In this document: piece by piece, positions 13,901 to 24,370 of the stretch
How positions within the stretch are numbered: the first letter of the stretch is position 1
How the letters are laid out: each line of letters opens with the position of its first letter
Made by a program: the position numbers and the translations under genes
Notes under the pieces: generated by a model
What the model saw: only the letters and a program-made list of their open reading frames with translations
Database searches by the model: none
What the model was told of the DNA's origin: nothing
DNA from: Polyangiales bacterium
Lineage (GTDB): Bacteria > Myxococcota_A > Polyangia > Polyangiales > JADJQN01
Assembly (NCBI GenBank): GCA_964202905.1
Contig: CAXNJO010000004.1
Span: 288,001 to 352,000, forward strand
Direction of reading: 5' to 3'
DNA: 64,000 nt

Positions 13901-14961
13901 CGGTAGTAGGTCACCGGCGGCGCGCCCTCGTCGTCCGTGCCGTCGCAGTCGTCGTCGATGAGGTTGCAGATGTCCGCGGCGCCGGGGAAACGCGCGGGGT
14001 TCGTGTCGTCGCAGTCGTTCGCGCCGGCCGCGAAGCCCGGCGGCGGGCTGCACTGATCGTCGACGAAGACGGCCGTCTGACCGAAGCTGTCGCCGTCGTC
14101 GTCGCGGTAGAAACGCGGGAGCACACCATCGTCGACGATGCCATCGCAGTCGTCGTCGCGAACGTTGCAGAACTCGTCCGCGGGCAGGACGTCCTCGAGG
14201 CACTCCGAGCCGAGCACGCCACCCGCGCAGATCGAGATTCCGTCCGCACAAATGCCGATGCCGCGCGTGCCCGCGGGGCCGCCGTAGCAGGGGCGACGCT
14301 CACCGTCGCTGCACGGGCAGCCGACGTCCGGTACGCCGTCGCAGTCGTCGTCGGCGCCGTTGCAGTTCATCGCGGGGCCGTCCGCGACGCCGGGGCGCAC
14401 GAGCGCGTTCGCGTCGTCGCAGTCGGTCCCGCAGGTCGTGCCGTTGCAGCACGCGGCCGACCCGGCGCCGTCCATGTCCGCGTCGACGAAGCCGAAGGTC
14501 GCGTCGTTGCAGTCTTCATCGTTGCCGTCGCAGACTTCCGTCGCGCCCGGGTAGCGCGTCGCGTCGGTGTCGTCGCAATCGTCGCCGCCGCACGCGACCG
14601 AGTCGACGCCGTCGCCGTCGAGGTCCTCGCAGATCGTACGGCAGTCGTTCGCCGACTCGTCGCAGGTCTCGGTCGCTGCGCACGGCGCGTCGCCCGGCAC
14701 GCAGCCGCGCACGTCGGCCATCGCCGACGCGGGCGCGCACATCTCACGACCGTTGCAGAACAAACCATCGTTGCAGTCGACGTCGCCCGTGCAGGTCACG
14801 CGTGCGTCGACGTCGCCGAGATCGATGGTCGCGCCGTCGAACGACGCGTCGAGGCCGGGGGTCACGGCGCCGTCGCCACAGGCGACGAGCAGGGCCACGC
14901 CCGCGGCGACGACGAAGCGCGCGAGCGGGGCGCGGCGGGCCGAACCGAAACGGATAGCCAT
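10986..14961 (-). CDS. Large lipoprotein with Cys/Asp-rich repeats (putative metal-binding/MopE-type) and a C-terminal L-type-lectin-like domain, frameshift near 11695
   Basis: Lipobox LLVAC. Many DCDD...P...E.C.G.DDDCDG and YRDADGDGFG repeats. The distal frame carries ADGWSVVL, GYTG, SLSVEW and GVTAATGG, resembling legume-lectin motifs. Confidence 0.8.
11789..11833. repeat. Perfect 15-bp tandem repeat x3 (encodes VSGGP x3)
   Basis: GGGCCCCCGGAGACC at 11789, 11804 and 11819. Confidence 0.95.
12832..13630. repeat. Near-identical intragenic duplication of about 160 bp, offset 636 bp
   Basis: 12832-12994 and 13468-13630 both encode CIAGAWA.CSGNIDPGTLTETCNGLDDDCDGMTDETLLAASCYLDADSDGFGSG. Confidence 0.9.
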
Positions 14962-15085
14962 GTGTCCCCTCAATCGGTGCAGGTCGCGGCCCCTACCCAG
15001 GCCGCACACCCGCGAAAGGGCGCAGCGTATCGCCGTGGTCGCCGTCCCGTCAACGCTCCCTTGACCGGGGCCGCAGCGGGCGTGT

Positions 15086-16977
15086 TCAGCCGTCCGCGGC
15101 CGCAAATTGGAGGCTGTGCAGGCGCGCGTAGACACCGCCCATCGCGAGCAGCGCGTCGTGGGTGCCCTGCTCGACGATCTCCCCGCGGTGAAAGACCAGG
15201 ATCCGATCAGCCTTGCGGATGGTCGAGAGGCGGTGCGCGATGACGATGGCGGTCCGCCCCGCGAGGACTTCGTCGACGGCCGCTTGGAGACGCGCCTCCG
15301 TCTCGCTGTCGACGTTGGCGGTCGCCTCGTCGAGCACGAGCAGCTCCGCGTCGCGGTAGAGCGCCCGCGCGAACGCGAGGAGTTGCCGCTCTCCGGCGCT
15401 GAAGTTCGAGCCGCGCTCCTGGCAGCGCGACGTCAGGCCGCCCTCGCGCGCCTCGACCAGCGCGGCGGCGCCGACCCGCTCGAGCGCGCGGCGGGCGCGC
15501 GCGGCGTCGGGGTGCGGGTCCCCGAGCGCGATGTTCTCGAGGATGGTGCCCGCGAAGAGGAAGACATCCTGCGGGACGACGGCGAAGCGCTCGCGCAGGG
15601 CCGTCCGCTCGAGGGTCCGCACGTCCTCGCCGCCGACGATCACCGCGCCGCCGCTCACCTCGTAGAGCCGCAGGATCAGCCCGGTGACGGTGGTCTTGCC
15701 GGCGCCGGTCGCGCCGACGATCGCGATCTTCTCGCCGCGCACGACGTCGAAGCTCACGCCGCGGAGCACGGGCGCGCCCGGGCGATACGCGAAGTGCACG
15801 TCGTCGAAACGCACGAGCACGTCGTCCGGCACGGGCGCCCGCAGCGGCGGGACCTGCTCGTCGCGCGGGGCGTCGGGTTCGTCGACGTCGAGCAGCGCGA
15901 AGATGCGCTCGGCCGAGGCGAGCGATTGCTGCACCACGGTGTACTTCGTCGAGAGATCCCGGATCGGCACGAAGAAGCGCTGGATGTAGTCGTAGAAGGC
16001 GACCACCGTGCCGACGTACGCGAGCGACGCCGCGCCGTCTGCGAGCGCACCAGCGCGGACCCCGGCGTACCAGAGCACCAGCGCGACGCACGCGGCCGCG
16101 ACCGACTCGACCGTGGAGTAGAGCAGCGCGTCGAACTTGATCGAGCGGCGGTTCGCGTCCCGGTAGGCGCGGTTGATGACGTCGTAGTCCGCCGCGCAGG
16201 ACGCCTCGCGGCCGAAGGCCTGCACGATGGCAATCCCCTGCACCTGCTCGCTGAGATAGGCGTTCAGCTGGGCGGTGCGCGCGCGGATGGCGCGGAACGC
16301 GGCGCGCGCGTAGCGGCGGAAGATCTCGACCGCGACCGCGAGCGGCGGCAGCGCTGCGAAGGCGACGAGCGAGAGCCGCCAGTCGAGCGCGAGCATGAAT
16401 CCCACGATGCCGAGCAACATCAGCACGTCGCCGACCGCGGTGACGGCGCCCGACGCGAAGAGCTCGGTCATCGTGTCGATGTCGTTGGTGACGCGCGTGA
16501 CGATCCGGCCGATCGGCGTGCGGTCGAAGTAGCCCACGCGCAGCCCCTGCACGTGCGCGAACACCGCGCGGCGCAAGCCGGCCATCGCGCGCTGCCCCGC
16601 GAGTTGCATCGCGTAGACCTGCCCGAAACGCGCGACGAACTCGACCGCGACGGCCACGAGAAACAGGCTGCTGATCTGCGCGAGCACGGTGCTCGGCTCT
16701 TGCGCGACGGCGGCGTCGATCGCGCGCTTGACCAACAACGGGAGAAAGAGCGACGCGACCGCCGCGACCGGCATCAGCGCGAGCGCCGTGACGAAGAGCG
16801 CCGCGTGCGGACGCGCGAAGGGGATCAACCGCGAGAGCAGCTCCCGATCGAGTTTCGGCGCGGGCTGCGTCTCCTCGTGGAAGGCCGCGAGCAGCCGGGC
16901 CGCGCGCGCGCCGGGGGCATCGGCCTCGGGCTTGGGAGGGCGCGCGGTCTCTGCGCCCGTCGGCGGCGCGGGCTCAC
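15086..16977 (-). CDS. ABC exporter, fused permease/ATPase (MdlB-like subunit); start uncertain
   Basis: TM domain, GATGAGKT, FSAGERQ, LLVLDEAT and IAHRLST. The frame stays protein-like (AFHEE) upstream of 16828. The GTGA overlap at 16974-16977 is out of frame, suggesting an indel near the start. Confidence 0.9.
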
Positions 16978-18788
16978 AGGCCGAGCTCCCGCTCGAGGCG
17001 CTGCCGCGCCGCGAGCTTCGCGTAGAGGCCGTCGCGCGCGACGAGTTCGTCGTGTGTGCCGCGCTCGGTGATGCGCCCCCCGTCGAGCACGACGATGTGA
17101 TCGGCGCGCGACGAGGCTGCGACGCGGTGCGTCACGAGCACGAGTGTCCGCCCCTCCCCCGCGCGATCGAGCGCCTGGAGGATTTGTGCCTCGGTGCGCG
17201 CGTCGACGGCGCTCAGCGGATCGTCGAGCACCAGGACCGCGGGCTCGGCGAGCAGCGCGCGCGCGAGGGCGATGCGCTGCTTCTGCCCGCCGGAGAGCTG
17301 CACGCCGCGCTCGCCGACGACGGTGTCGAAGGCATCGGGCATCGCCTCGATCTCCTCGAGGATCGCGGCCTCGCGCGCCGCCTCGCGGATCCGCCCGCGC
17401 GCGTCGGGGGCGTCCGGGTCCGCGAGCGAGAAGCCGATGTTGCGCGCGATCGTGGTCGAGAAGAGGAAGGGCTCCTGCTGTGCATAGCCGACCGCCTGGC
17501 GCAACGTGCGCGCGCGCAGCTGCGTGACATCGTCCCCATCGAGAAACACGCTGCCCGGAGGCGTCGGCAGGAGGCGCGGGAGCAACGCCGCGAGCGTGCT
17601 CTTGCCGCTCCCCGTCGGACCGACGACCGCGAGCGAGCCGCCCGCGGGCACGGCGAGCGAGACGTCGTCGAGGACCGGCGGCGCGCCCTCGCGGAAGGCG
17701 TAGCTGAGGTGCTCGACGCGGAGCGCGCCTTCGGTCTGCGCGGGCCGCGCGTCCGGCGCATCGACGACGTCCGGCGTGGCGTCGAGCAGCTCGCGCACGC
17801 GGGCGTAGGACGCGCGGCCGCGCTGCACGACCGAGAGGATGTAGCCGAAGGCCAGCGTGGGCCACACCAGCTGGGCGAGGTACGCGCTGAACTTCGCGAA
17901 CTCGCCGACGGTGAGCTCGCCCGTGAAGAGCATCTCCCCGCCGACCTGAATGACGATCAGCGTCCCGGCGGAGCTGACGAGCATGAGCACCGGCCACATC
18001 ACGCCCCGCAGCACGACGAGGGCCATGTTCTTCGCGAGGGCGGCCTCGTTCGCTTCGTCGAAGCGCCGCCGCTCGTACGACTCGACGGCGAAGGCGCGCA
18101 CCACGCGCACGCCCGCGAGCTGCTCCTGCACGCGCTCGGAGAGCTTCCCCGCGGCCGACTGCGCCTCGGTCGAGCGCTTGTACATCGCGCGGGAGAACCA
18201 GCGTGCGAGCACGACGAAGAGCGGGTACGGCAGCAGCGCGAGCAGCGTGAGACGCGGCGAGGTCGCGAGCATCAGGGCGATCGCGCTCACCCACGCGATT
18301 ACGCTGTTGACCACGTTGAGCACGCCGAAGCCGAGCAGCAGCCGCACCTGGCCGAGGTCGTTGATCGCGCGCGAGAGGATGTCGCCCGTTGGCATCCGCC
18401 GGAAGAACGAGGGGCCGAGCGCGTGCAGGCGGTCGAGGAGCTCGCCGCGCAGCGTGTATTCGGCGTCGCGGGCGGCGTCGAAGACCTCGATGCGCGAGAG
18501 CGTGCGGACGACGCCCATGATCACGGCCGCGGCGACGACCGCGAGCGCGAAGTCGCGGACGACGGTCCATCGCCCCGCGCGCAGGCCGTCGATCGCGTGC
18601 TGCAAGAGCCACGGGATCGCCTTGTCGAGCGCGTTGGTGACGAGCACCCAGAAGAGGCCCACGAACACCGCGCGGCGGTGCGGGCGCAGGTAGCTCCACA
18701 TGCTGCGCGGCGGCGACGCGGGGCGCGCGGCGTCGGATGCGGGCGCCGCGAGGCCGGGGCGAGGAGCGCTCGGGTTCGGTCGGGTCAC
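16974..18788 (-). CDS. ABC exporter, fused permease/ATPase (MdlA-like subunit); start 18788 (GTG) or 18701 (ATG)
   Basis: TM domain, GPTGSGKS, LSGGQKQR, degenerate Walker B VLVLDDP, VTHR. Confidence 0.92.
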   Translation of the reverse strand: MTRPNPSAPRPGLAAPASDAARPASPPRSMWSYLRPHRRAVFVGLFWVLVTNALDKAIPWLLQHAIDGLRAGRWTVVRDFALAVVAAAVIMGVVRTLSRIEVFDAARDAEYTLRGELLDRLHALGPSFFRRMPTGDILSRAINDLGQVRLLLGFGVLNVVNSVIAWVSAIALMLATSPRLTLLALLPYPLFVVLARWFSRAMYKRSTEAQSAAGKLSERVQEQLAGVRVVRAFAVESYERRRFDEANEAALAKNMALVVLRGVMWPVLMLVSSAGTLIVIQVGGEMLFTGELTVGEFAKFSAYLAQLVWPTLAFGYILSVVQRGRASYARVRELLDATPDVVDAPDARPAQTEGALRVEHLSYAFREGAPPVLDDVSLAVPAGGSLAVVGPTGSGKSTLAALLPRLLPTPPGSVFLDGDDVTQLRARTLRQAVGYAQQEPFLFSTTIARNIGFSLADPDAPDARGRIREAAREAAILEEIEAMPDAFDTVVGERGVQLSGGQKQRIALARALLAEPAVLVLDDPLSAVDARTEAQILQALDRAGEGRTLVLVTHRVAASSRADHIVVLDGGRITERGTHDELVARDGLYAKLAARQRLERELGL

Positions 18789-18926
18789 GCGATGCCGCGC
18801 AGTCTGGGTCGGACGCCGGCGGGGGCAACCCCACAGAACGAGGACGCGCCCGCGCCCCGCCACGAGGGCGGAGCGGGGCGCGCGAGGGTCACGGCAGACA
18901 CGCCGCGGGGGGCGACGACGGCAGGT

Positions 18927-20759
18927 TCAGCGGCGCGCGCGGGCGCGGCGACGGGCGCCGACACCGAGCGCGCAGAGCGCGAGCAGCGCGGCCCAGCCGC
19001 CCCGCGTCGTGTCGCCGCCGGGCACCGCACATCCGCATCCGTCGTCGTTGCGGAGGCCGGCGCGCGGCGCCGCGGGGCTACAGATCCGCGTCGCGCCGTC
19101 GGCCGTCGTCGTGCACGAGAAGCCCGTCGGGCACGGCACACCGTCGGTGCAGAGGCGGGTGCAGTACGCCGAGTCGCCGTCGCGCGCGCAGATGTCGCTC
19201 AGGCAGTCGGTGTTGGACGCGCAATCCTCGCCGAGGCCGCCGGCGTCACCCACGCACACCGAGACGGCGCCCGCCGAGGTGCACGTGTAGCGCGCGGGGC
19301 ACGGGTTGGCCGTGTCGCAGATGTCCGTGCAGAAGCGGCGGTCGCCGAGCGTCGCGCAGATGCCGGAGGTGCAGTCGTCGTTCGACTCGCAGAGGTCACC
19401 GAGCGCCCCGCTCGTCTTGCACGCGCCGCAGGTGGGCGTGGCGCCGACCTGACAGGCGTAGCCCGCGGGGCACGTCGCCGCGCCGCCCGGTACGCATGGC
19501 TGGGCGCAGACGCCCGCGCTGCAGAACAGCGAGGCGCACTGCGTGTCCTCGGAGCACGACGAGCCGAGCGCGCCGCCGCCGGCCGCGCCCGCGCGACACA
19601 CGCCGTCGTTGCACGTGCCGACGAAGTCACCGTCGCAGTAGAAGCCCGCGGGGCACGACGTGGTGTTGAGCCAGTCGCAGGTCTGCGAGCATGCGCCACC
19701 GACGCAGAGACCGGAGGCGCACTCGCCCGCGGCGGCACAAGGCGCACCGAGCGCAGCGCCTGCCGGACGCGGCTCGCACGCGCGGGTGGTCGTGTTGCAG
19801 CGCTCGGTCGCGGCGCAGTCGCTGTCACGCGCGCAGCCCGAGGGCGTGCTGCTGCCGGAGCAGTCCGGCTGGCCTCCGACGAGGCGGACGCACTGGCCCA
19901 CGCCGCCGAGATCGGCGCAGATGTCGCCCGCCGCCGCGTCGCAGTCCGCGCCCGAGCGGCAGTTGCGACCGCAGAAATAGCCCCCCGACGGGTAGCCGAG
20001 GCAGTACGAGCCCGAGCCCGCGCAGTCGCTGCCGCTGCTGCACGGCGAGCAGACGCTGCCATCACCCGTCATGGTCATGCACATCCCGGCCGTGCACACC
20101 TGGCCGGCGGGACAGCCCGTCGTGGTGCAGTCCGGCGGCGTCGCTCCGCCCGGGTAGAGCGCGCAGATGCCCGTCGCGTCGTCCCCGTTGAGCGTCGCGA
20201 CGCCCCCCGAGTACGCGTAGTACATCGTGGCGCTGGCGTCGCTCGAGTGGCCGAGGCCGAAGTAATGGCCCGCCTCGTGCGCGACGATCGAGTACGTGTT
20301 GACGTTCGAGCCGCGCCCCGCGCCCTCGATCCACGTGTAATTCTGGCCGTTCATCTCCATGTCGGCTTCGCCGATGCGCCGCGACCACTTCGGGCCGGTC
20401 ACGCCGATCGCGCCCGAGCCGTGACGCCAACCCGACTCGACCCAGCTGACGATGGACAGGCCGTCGGAGCCGCTCACGCTGGCGCGGGCCGAGGTCCGCC
20501 CGCCGTACGCCACCGTCAGCGAGGTGCCGCAAGCGACGCGCGTCCAGTCCTCGAAGCCGCGCTGGACGATGGGCTCGAGCGTTGCGATGGGGAGGTCGCC
20601 GCTGCCCGCGCTGTTGAGCGCGTACGGCACCGGCGGCGCCCACACGGGGCGGCTGCCGTCGATGGGCGTCCAGGCGCGTGCTGCGGGAACCACGACGCCG
20701 AGCGCGAGAACGAGCGCAGCGCCGAGCGCGAGAGAGCGCGTACGATCGGTGCGGCTCAT
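18927..20759 (-). CDS. Matrixin-family (M10-like) zinc metalloprotease with Cys-rich repeats and a MYXO-CTERM-type sorting tail
   Basis: Signal peptide, HEAGHYFGLGHS, Met-turn ATMY, Cys-rich repeats, and a GCGCAV...hydrophobic...RRRARARR C-terminus. Confidence 0.92.
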   Translation of the reverse strand: MSRTDRTRSLALGAALVLALGVVVPAARAWTPIDGSRPVWAPPVPYALNSAGSGDLPIATLEPIVQRGFEDWTRVACGTSLTVAYGGRTSARASVSGSDGLSIVSWVESGWRHGSGAIGVTGPKWSRRIGEADMEMNGQNYTWIEGAGRGSNVNTYSIVAHEAGHYFGLGHSSDASATMYYAYSGGVATLNGDDATGICALYPGGATPPDCTTTGCPAGQVCTAGMCMTMTGDGSVCSPCSSGSDCAGSGSYCLGYPSGGYFCGRNCRSGADCDAAAGDICADLGGVGQCVRLVGGQPDCSGSSTPSGCARDSDCAATERCNTTTRACEPRPAGAALGAPCAAAGECASGLCVGGACSQTCDWLNTTSCPAGFYCDGDFVGTCNDGVCRAGAAGGGALGSSCSEDTQCASLFCSAGVCAQPCVPGGAATCPAGYACQVGATPTCGACKTSGALGDLCESNDDCTSGICATLGDRRFCTDICDTANPCPARYTCTSAGAVSVCVGDAGGLGEDCASNTDCLSDICARDGDSAYCTRLCTDGVPCPTGFSCTTTADGATRICSPAAPRAGLRNDDGCGCAVPGGDTTRGGWAALLALCALGVGARRRARARR

Positions 20760-21361
20760 GGCGCCACCCCCGGGAAGGCGGCCATGCGACGCACGAGGGC
20801 TGCGAAGGCGCCGTATTCCATCGCGCGCTCACCTTCGACGTGACCGACCGTCATCTGACCGTCGGCCCAGCGCGCGAAGCTCACGCTCGACAGGTCGCGC
20901 GCGACCGTCGTCGGCATTCCCGGCACGCCGCGGCGCACCACGAACTTGCCCTGCACGAAGCCGAGCGTGCGCAGATGGCCCTCGACATCGCGCTTGAGGA
21001 TCACGACGACCTCCTCGTTCGGTCGGTAGCGGGGCGTCCCGTCGATCCAGGTTCCGCCGCCGTTCCACACGCCGCCGAGCTCCTCGACCTCGACGACGGT
21101 CGCCGTGGGCGCGCGGCTCGTGGACTTCAGCCACGCGCTCGCGCGGATGCGCGTGACCGTCCACGGCTCGAGCTCGCCAGTGCGGAGATCCATCCGCACC
21201 GCGCTGCGCTCGACGACACCGCGCACGATCGCGTCGGCGTCACGGACCATGTCCTCGAGCGCGAGCTCGACCATGACCGTGGCTCGAGCGGGGCGGGCGG
21301 TGGCGAGCAGCGCCACCAGCGCCGCGAGCGCCGCGAAGAACGGGAGATGCTTGCGTGACAT
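20756..21361 (-). CDS. Secreted protein (201 aa) translationally coupled to the matrixin
   Basis: Signal peptide ending ARA, then TVMVELALEDMVRDADAIVRGVV...GG...G.P...EEVVVIL; ATGA overlap with the matrixin start. Confidence 0.85.
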   Translation of the reverse strand: MSRKHLPFFAALAALVALLATARPARATVMVELALEDMVRDADAIVRGVVERSAVRMDLRTGELEPWTVTRIRASAWLKSTSRAPTATVVEVEELGGVWNGGGTWIDGTPRYRPNEEVVVILKRDVEGHLRTLGFVQGKFVVRRGVPGMPTTVARDLSSVSFARWADGQMTVGHVEGERAMEYGAFAALVRRMAAFPGVAP

Positions 21362-21543
21362 GCGAAGCCCTTTCGATGCAGACGATGCCCGGAAACCGTA
21401 CACGACCCGGCGCGCGGGCGTCACGCGGGTGACGTCGCACGCGGACGAACCGCCGGGAGGTGGGGCCGACGCGGGGGAAGACCATGCGTGGCAAATTGCC
21501 GCACATGACGCGATCATCGCGCGGCGCGACCGCCGGGTGCCCG

Positions 21544-22968
21544 TCACTGCACCGGGCTGCGCTGCGCTGAATCGCGCTTCATCCCGGTGCGCTCGAGGCC
21601 GCTCCACGCCTTGTGCGCCTTGCCCGCCGCGGCCGCGTCGCCGAGCGCCTCGTGCACGCCCGGCACCACGAGGAACACGCCTGGGTGCGCCTTCGCGCTC
21701 GCGTCGAGCGCGTCGCGGAGCGCGCGCAGATCGTCGGCCGCGGGCACGACGAGCTTGCCGGTGACGAGGCGGTGCTCGTCGGGCGGTTGGTGCTCGTGCC
21801 GCGTCAGCACCTCGCCGGCGGCGCAGCGGGGGCACACGTGCTCGATGCGCTCCTCCTGCACGACCATGACCACGCCCCCCGGGAGCGACGCGCCGAGGCG
21901 CTCGACCTCGCCCGCAGTCTGCTGCAGGCCGAGGAAACGGAAGCGGCGCTCGCTCCCGGCGCGGAGCTTCTCGAGCAATGGAAAACAGGCGACGCGCTGC
22001 CCGGAGGCGTCGCGGCGGACCGAGACGGGCGCGGCGTCCCAGAGGATGACGTCCCCGTAATCGACGGGCGCCTCGCGAAAAGTCGGCGTTTCGACGACCC
22101 CGTGACAGGGGCTCAGCGGCGCGACGCGGACGACCTCGAAGCCGAGCGCGCGGTCGGGGACCGCCCCTGCGCTGTGGCCGGAGCCGCGCGTCGGCACGCG
22201 CACCTCGACGGGCGGCAGGCCCTCGACCTGCGGGAGCCCACCACGCGAGACGGTCGCCGGGATCCCCAACGCCGTCAGCGCCTCGACCGCCAGAGCCCCC
22301 TCGCCCCGCGCCGTGGCGCAAATCGCGAGGTTGAACAGGATCGGGCGCGCCGTGCGCTCGGGTGAATCGGGCGCGAGGCGGGCACGCGCCTCCCGGGTCG
22401 CCACGAGCGCCTCGGCCCAACGACCGCGCCACTTGTGGCAAACGCCGAGGTCGAACCACCAGCCGGCGCGCGAGGGATCGAGCGCGAGCGCGGCTTCGAA
22501 AGCGGCCACGGCCTCGGCGTCGCGCTCCGGGCCGAGCAGCCGCAACGCACCGCCGAGATTGATCCACAGATAGCCCGCGCAGGCCGGGTCCCGGCGCGAC
22601 TCCGGCGGGAGCGCGTCGAGGCACGCCTGTGCGGCGCGGGCCGCGAGCGCGGCCGGTCCCTCCCGCAGCGGCGGCTCGTCGGGCGCGCGAAGCTCCGCCC
22701 GGGCGAGGAGGGCGGCGACCGCCGCGACCACGACTGCCGGGTCGTGCGCGTACCGCGCGAGGACGGCGGCGACGTCGGCCTCGAGCGCGGCGTGGGAGGG
22801 CGCCCGGCGCAGGGCCTCGAGCCAGAGCGCGGCGAGCGCGCGGTCCGCCGGGAGCACAGGACGCAGCGGGGCGAGGGCCACGAGCGCGGCCTCCGGATCC
22901 CCCGCGGCCAGGGACGACTGCGCGCGACCAATCGCTGCGGCCGCAGCGGCCTCGAGGGGGTCGTTCAT
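21544..22968 (-). CDS. TPR-repeat protein of unknown function
   Basis: LWINLGGAL, AFEAALALDP and WWFDLGVCHKW helical repeats; CPRC motif in the C-terminal region. Confidence 0.8.
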   Translation of the reverse strand: MNDPLEAAAAAAIGRAQSSLAAGDPEAALVALAPLRPVLPADRALAALWLEALRRAPSHAALEADVAAVLARYAHDPAVVVAAVAALLARAELRAPDEPPLREGPAALAARAAQACLDALPPESRRDPACAGYLWINLGGALRLLGPERDAEAVAAFEAALALDPSRAGWWFDLGVCHKWRGRWAEALVATREARARLAPDSPERTARPILFNLAICATARGEGALAVEALTALGIPATVSRGGLPQVEGLPPVEVRVPTRGSGHSAGAVPDRALGFEVVRVAPLSPCHGVVETPTFREAPVDYGDVILWDAAPVSVRRDASGQRVACFPLLEKLRAGSERRFRFLGLQQTAGEVERLGASLPGGVVMVVQEERIEHVCPRCAAGEVLTRHEHQPPDEHRLVTGKLVVPAADDLRALRDALDASAKAHPGVFLVVPGVHEALGDAAAAGKAHKAWSGLERTGMKRDSAQRSPVQ

Positions 22969-23028
22969 CGGCGCGACCCTAGCAGCACACCCGCGACCTG
23001 GCAGCGCGCGCGAGCGCCGCGCACGACC

Positions 23029-24204
23029 TCAGGGCCCGGTGCGCCGGCCGCGCACGCGGGGACGGACGCCCCCCGGCGCGGCGCGGTACTCGCGCGGGGT
23101 CGCGGCGAGCTTGACGACCGTCTCGCCGCTGAGGACGCCCGGCCCAACGGTCACGCTCACCACGGCGCGGGCGCCGGCGCTCCGCGTCCCGAGCGCAGCC
23201 GTCAGCTCGGCCATGCTGCGGATGGGCTGGCCGTCCATGCCGAGGATGACGTGCCCCGTCCACGGAATCCCGAGTTGTCTCACGTAGATCGGCGCAGGGT
23301 CAGCGGCACCGAGGATCCCGGCTGCCTGCGCAGGGCTGCCCGGGAGCACGCGTTGCACGCGCACGCCGGCGAAGCCCGCCGCCTGAAAGTCCTCACCGAC
23401 GATGCCCAGCCACACCGAATTGCGCAGCGTCGCGACGCCCGATTGCGCGCCCGCCGCCTCCTGCGGAGAGGCGCCTACGTTCCCGGCCCCGCGCGCGCCT
23501 CTCGCCCCGGCGCGCACGTTCGCGAGCAACTCCACGACGTACGAAACGGGCACGGCGAAGCCGATCCCCTGGCTCCCGCCGCTCCGCGAAAGGATCGCCG
23601 TGTTGACGCCGATCACCACGCCTTGCGCGTTGACGAGCGGACCGCCGGAGTTGCCCGGGTTGATGGTCGCGTCCGTCTGGATGAGGCCGCGCACCTGGCC
23701 GCCCATCGCGGGCAGATCGCGCCGCGCGCTGACGATTCCCTGCGTGAGCGTGCCGTCGAGCCCGAAGGGACTGCCGAACGCGAGCACGGTCTGGCCGACC
23801 TGCACGGCGTCCGAATCGCCGAGCTCGAGCGGTCGCGCGGAGACGCTCCCCTCGACCTGGAGCACCGCGAGATCGTGGGCGGGATCGAACGAGAGCACGC
23901 GGGCCTGCGACCGCGTCCCCGACGAAAACCGCACGACGAGGCCGCCGCCCCAGCGCCCGCCCTCGGCCACGTGCGCGTTGGTGAGGACCCAGCGCTCGGG
24001 GCCGACGACGAAACCAGAGCCCGTCGCGGAGCCCGCGGCGATGGAGACGGTCGACTCCTGCAGACGGCGCGCGACCTCGATGCGACGCGTCTCGTTCAAG
24101 TCCTGCGCGTGCGCGCGCGGGACTGCAGCGCCGGACGCGACGACGGCGAACGCGAGCAGGAGCGGGGCCACGAAGAGTTGCCGACTCGGAACGGGATGGT
24201 GCAT
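23029..24204 (-). CDS. HtrA/S1C trypsin-like serine protease with a PDZ domain
   Basis: Signal peptide, GSGF, LTNAHV, DLAVL, INPGNSGGPL, and PDZ motifs (WLGI, PGSPAQAAG). Confidence 0.93.
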   Translation of the reverse strand: MHHPVPSRQLFVAPLLLAFAVVASGAAVPRAHAQDLNETRRIEVARRLQESTVSIAAGSATGSGFVVGPERWVLTNAHVAEGGRWGGGLVVRFSSGTRSQARVLSFDPAHDLAVLQVEGSVSARPLELGDSDAVQVGQTVLAFGSPFGLDGTLTQGIVSARRDLPAMGGQVRGLIQTDATINPGNSGGPLVNAQGVVIGVNTAILSRSGGSQGIGFAVPVSYVVELLANVRAGARGARGAGNVGASPQEAAGAQSGVATLRNSVWLGIVGEDFQAAGFAGVRVQRVLPGSPAQAAGILGAADPAPIYVRQLGIPWTGHVILGMDGQPIRSMAELTAALGTRSAGARAVVSVTVGPGVLSGETVVKLAATPREYRAAPGGVRPRVRGRRTGP

Positions 24205-24370
24205 GGCTGGGCCTTAGAATGGTACCGACGCCCGGCGATTCAACGGCCGGGCGCGGCATTTGTTCCGCGCGAGGTCCATGCGAGTCGCGCGGGTGCGACC
24301 GCATGCTTGCGCAGAGGGAGGCCACGGCCTTAGAACACGCCCTCGTTCGGGTTCGGGGGAGGGGCCGCGG

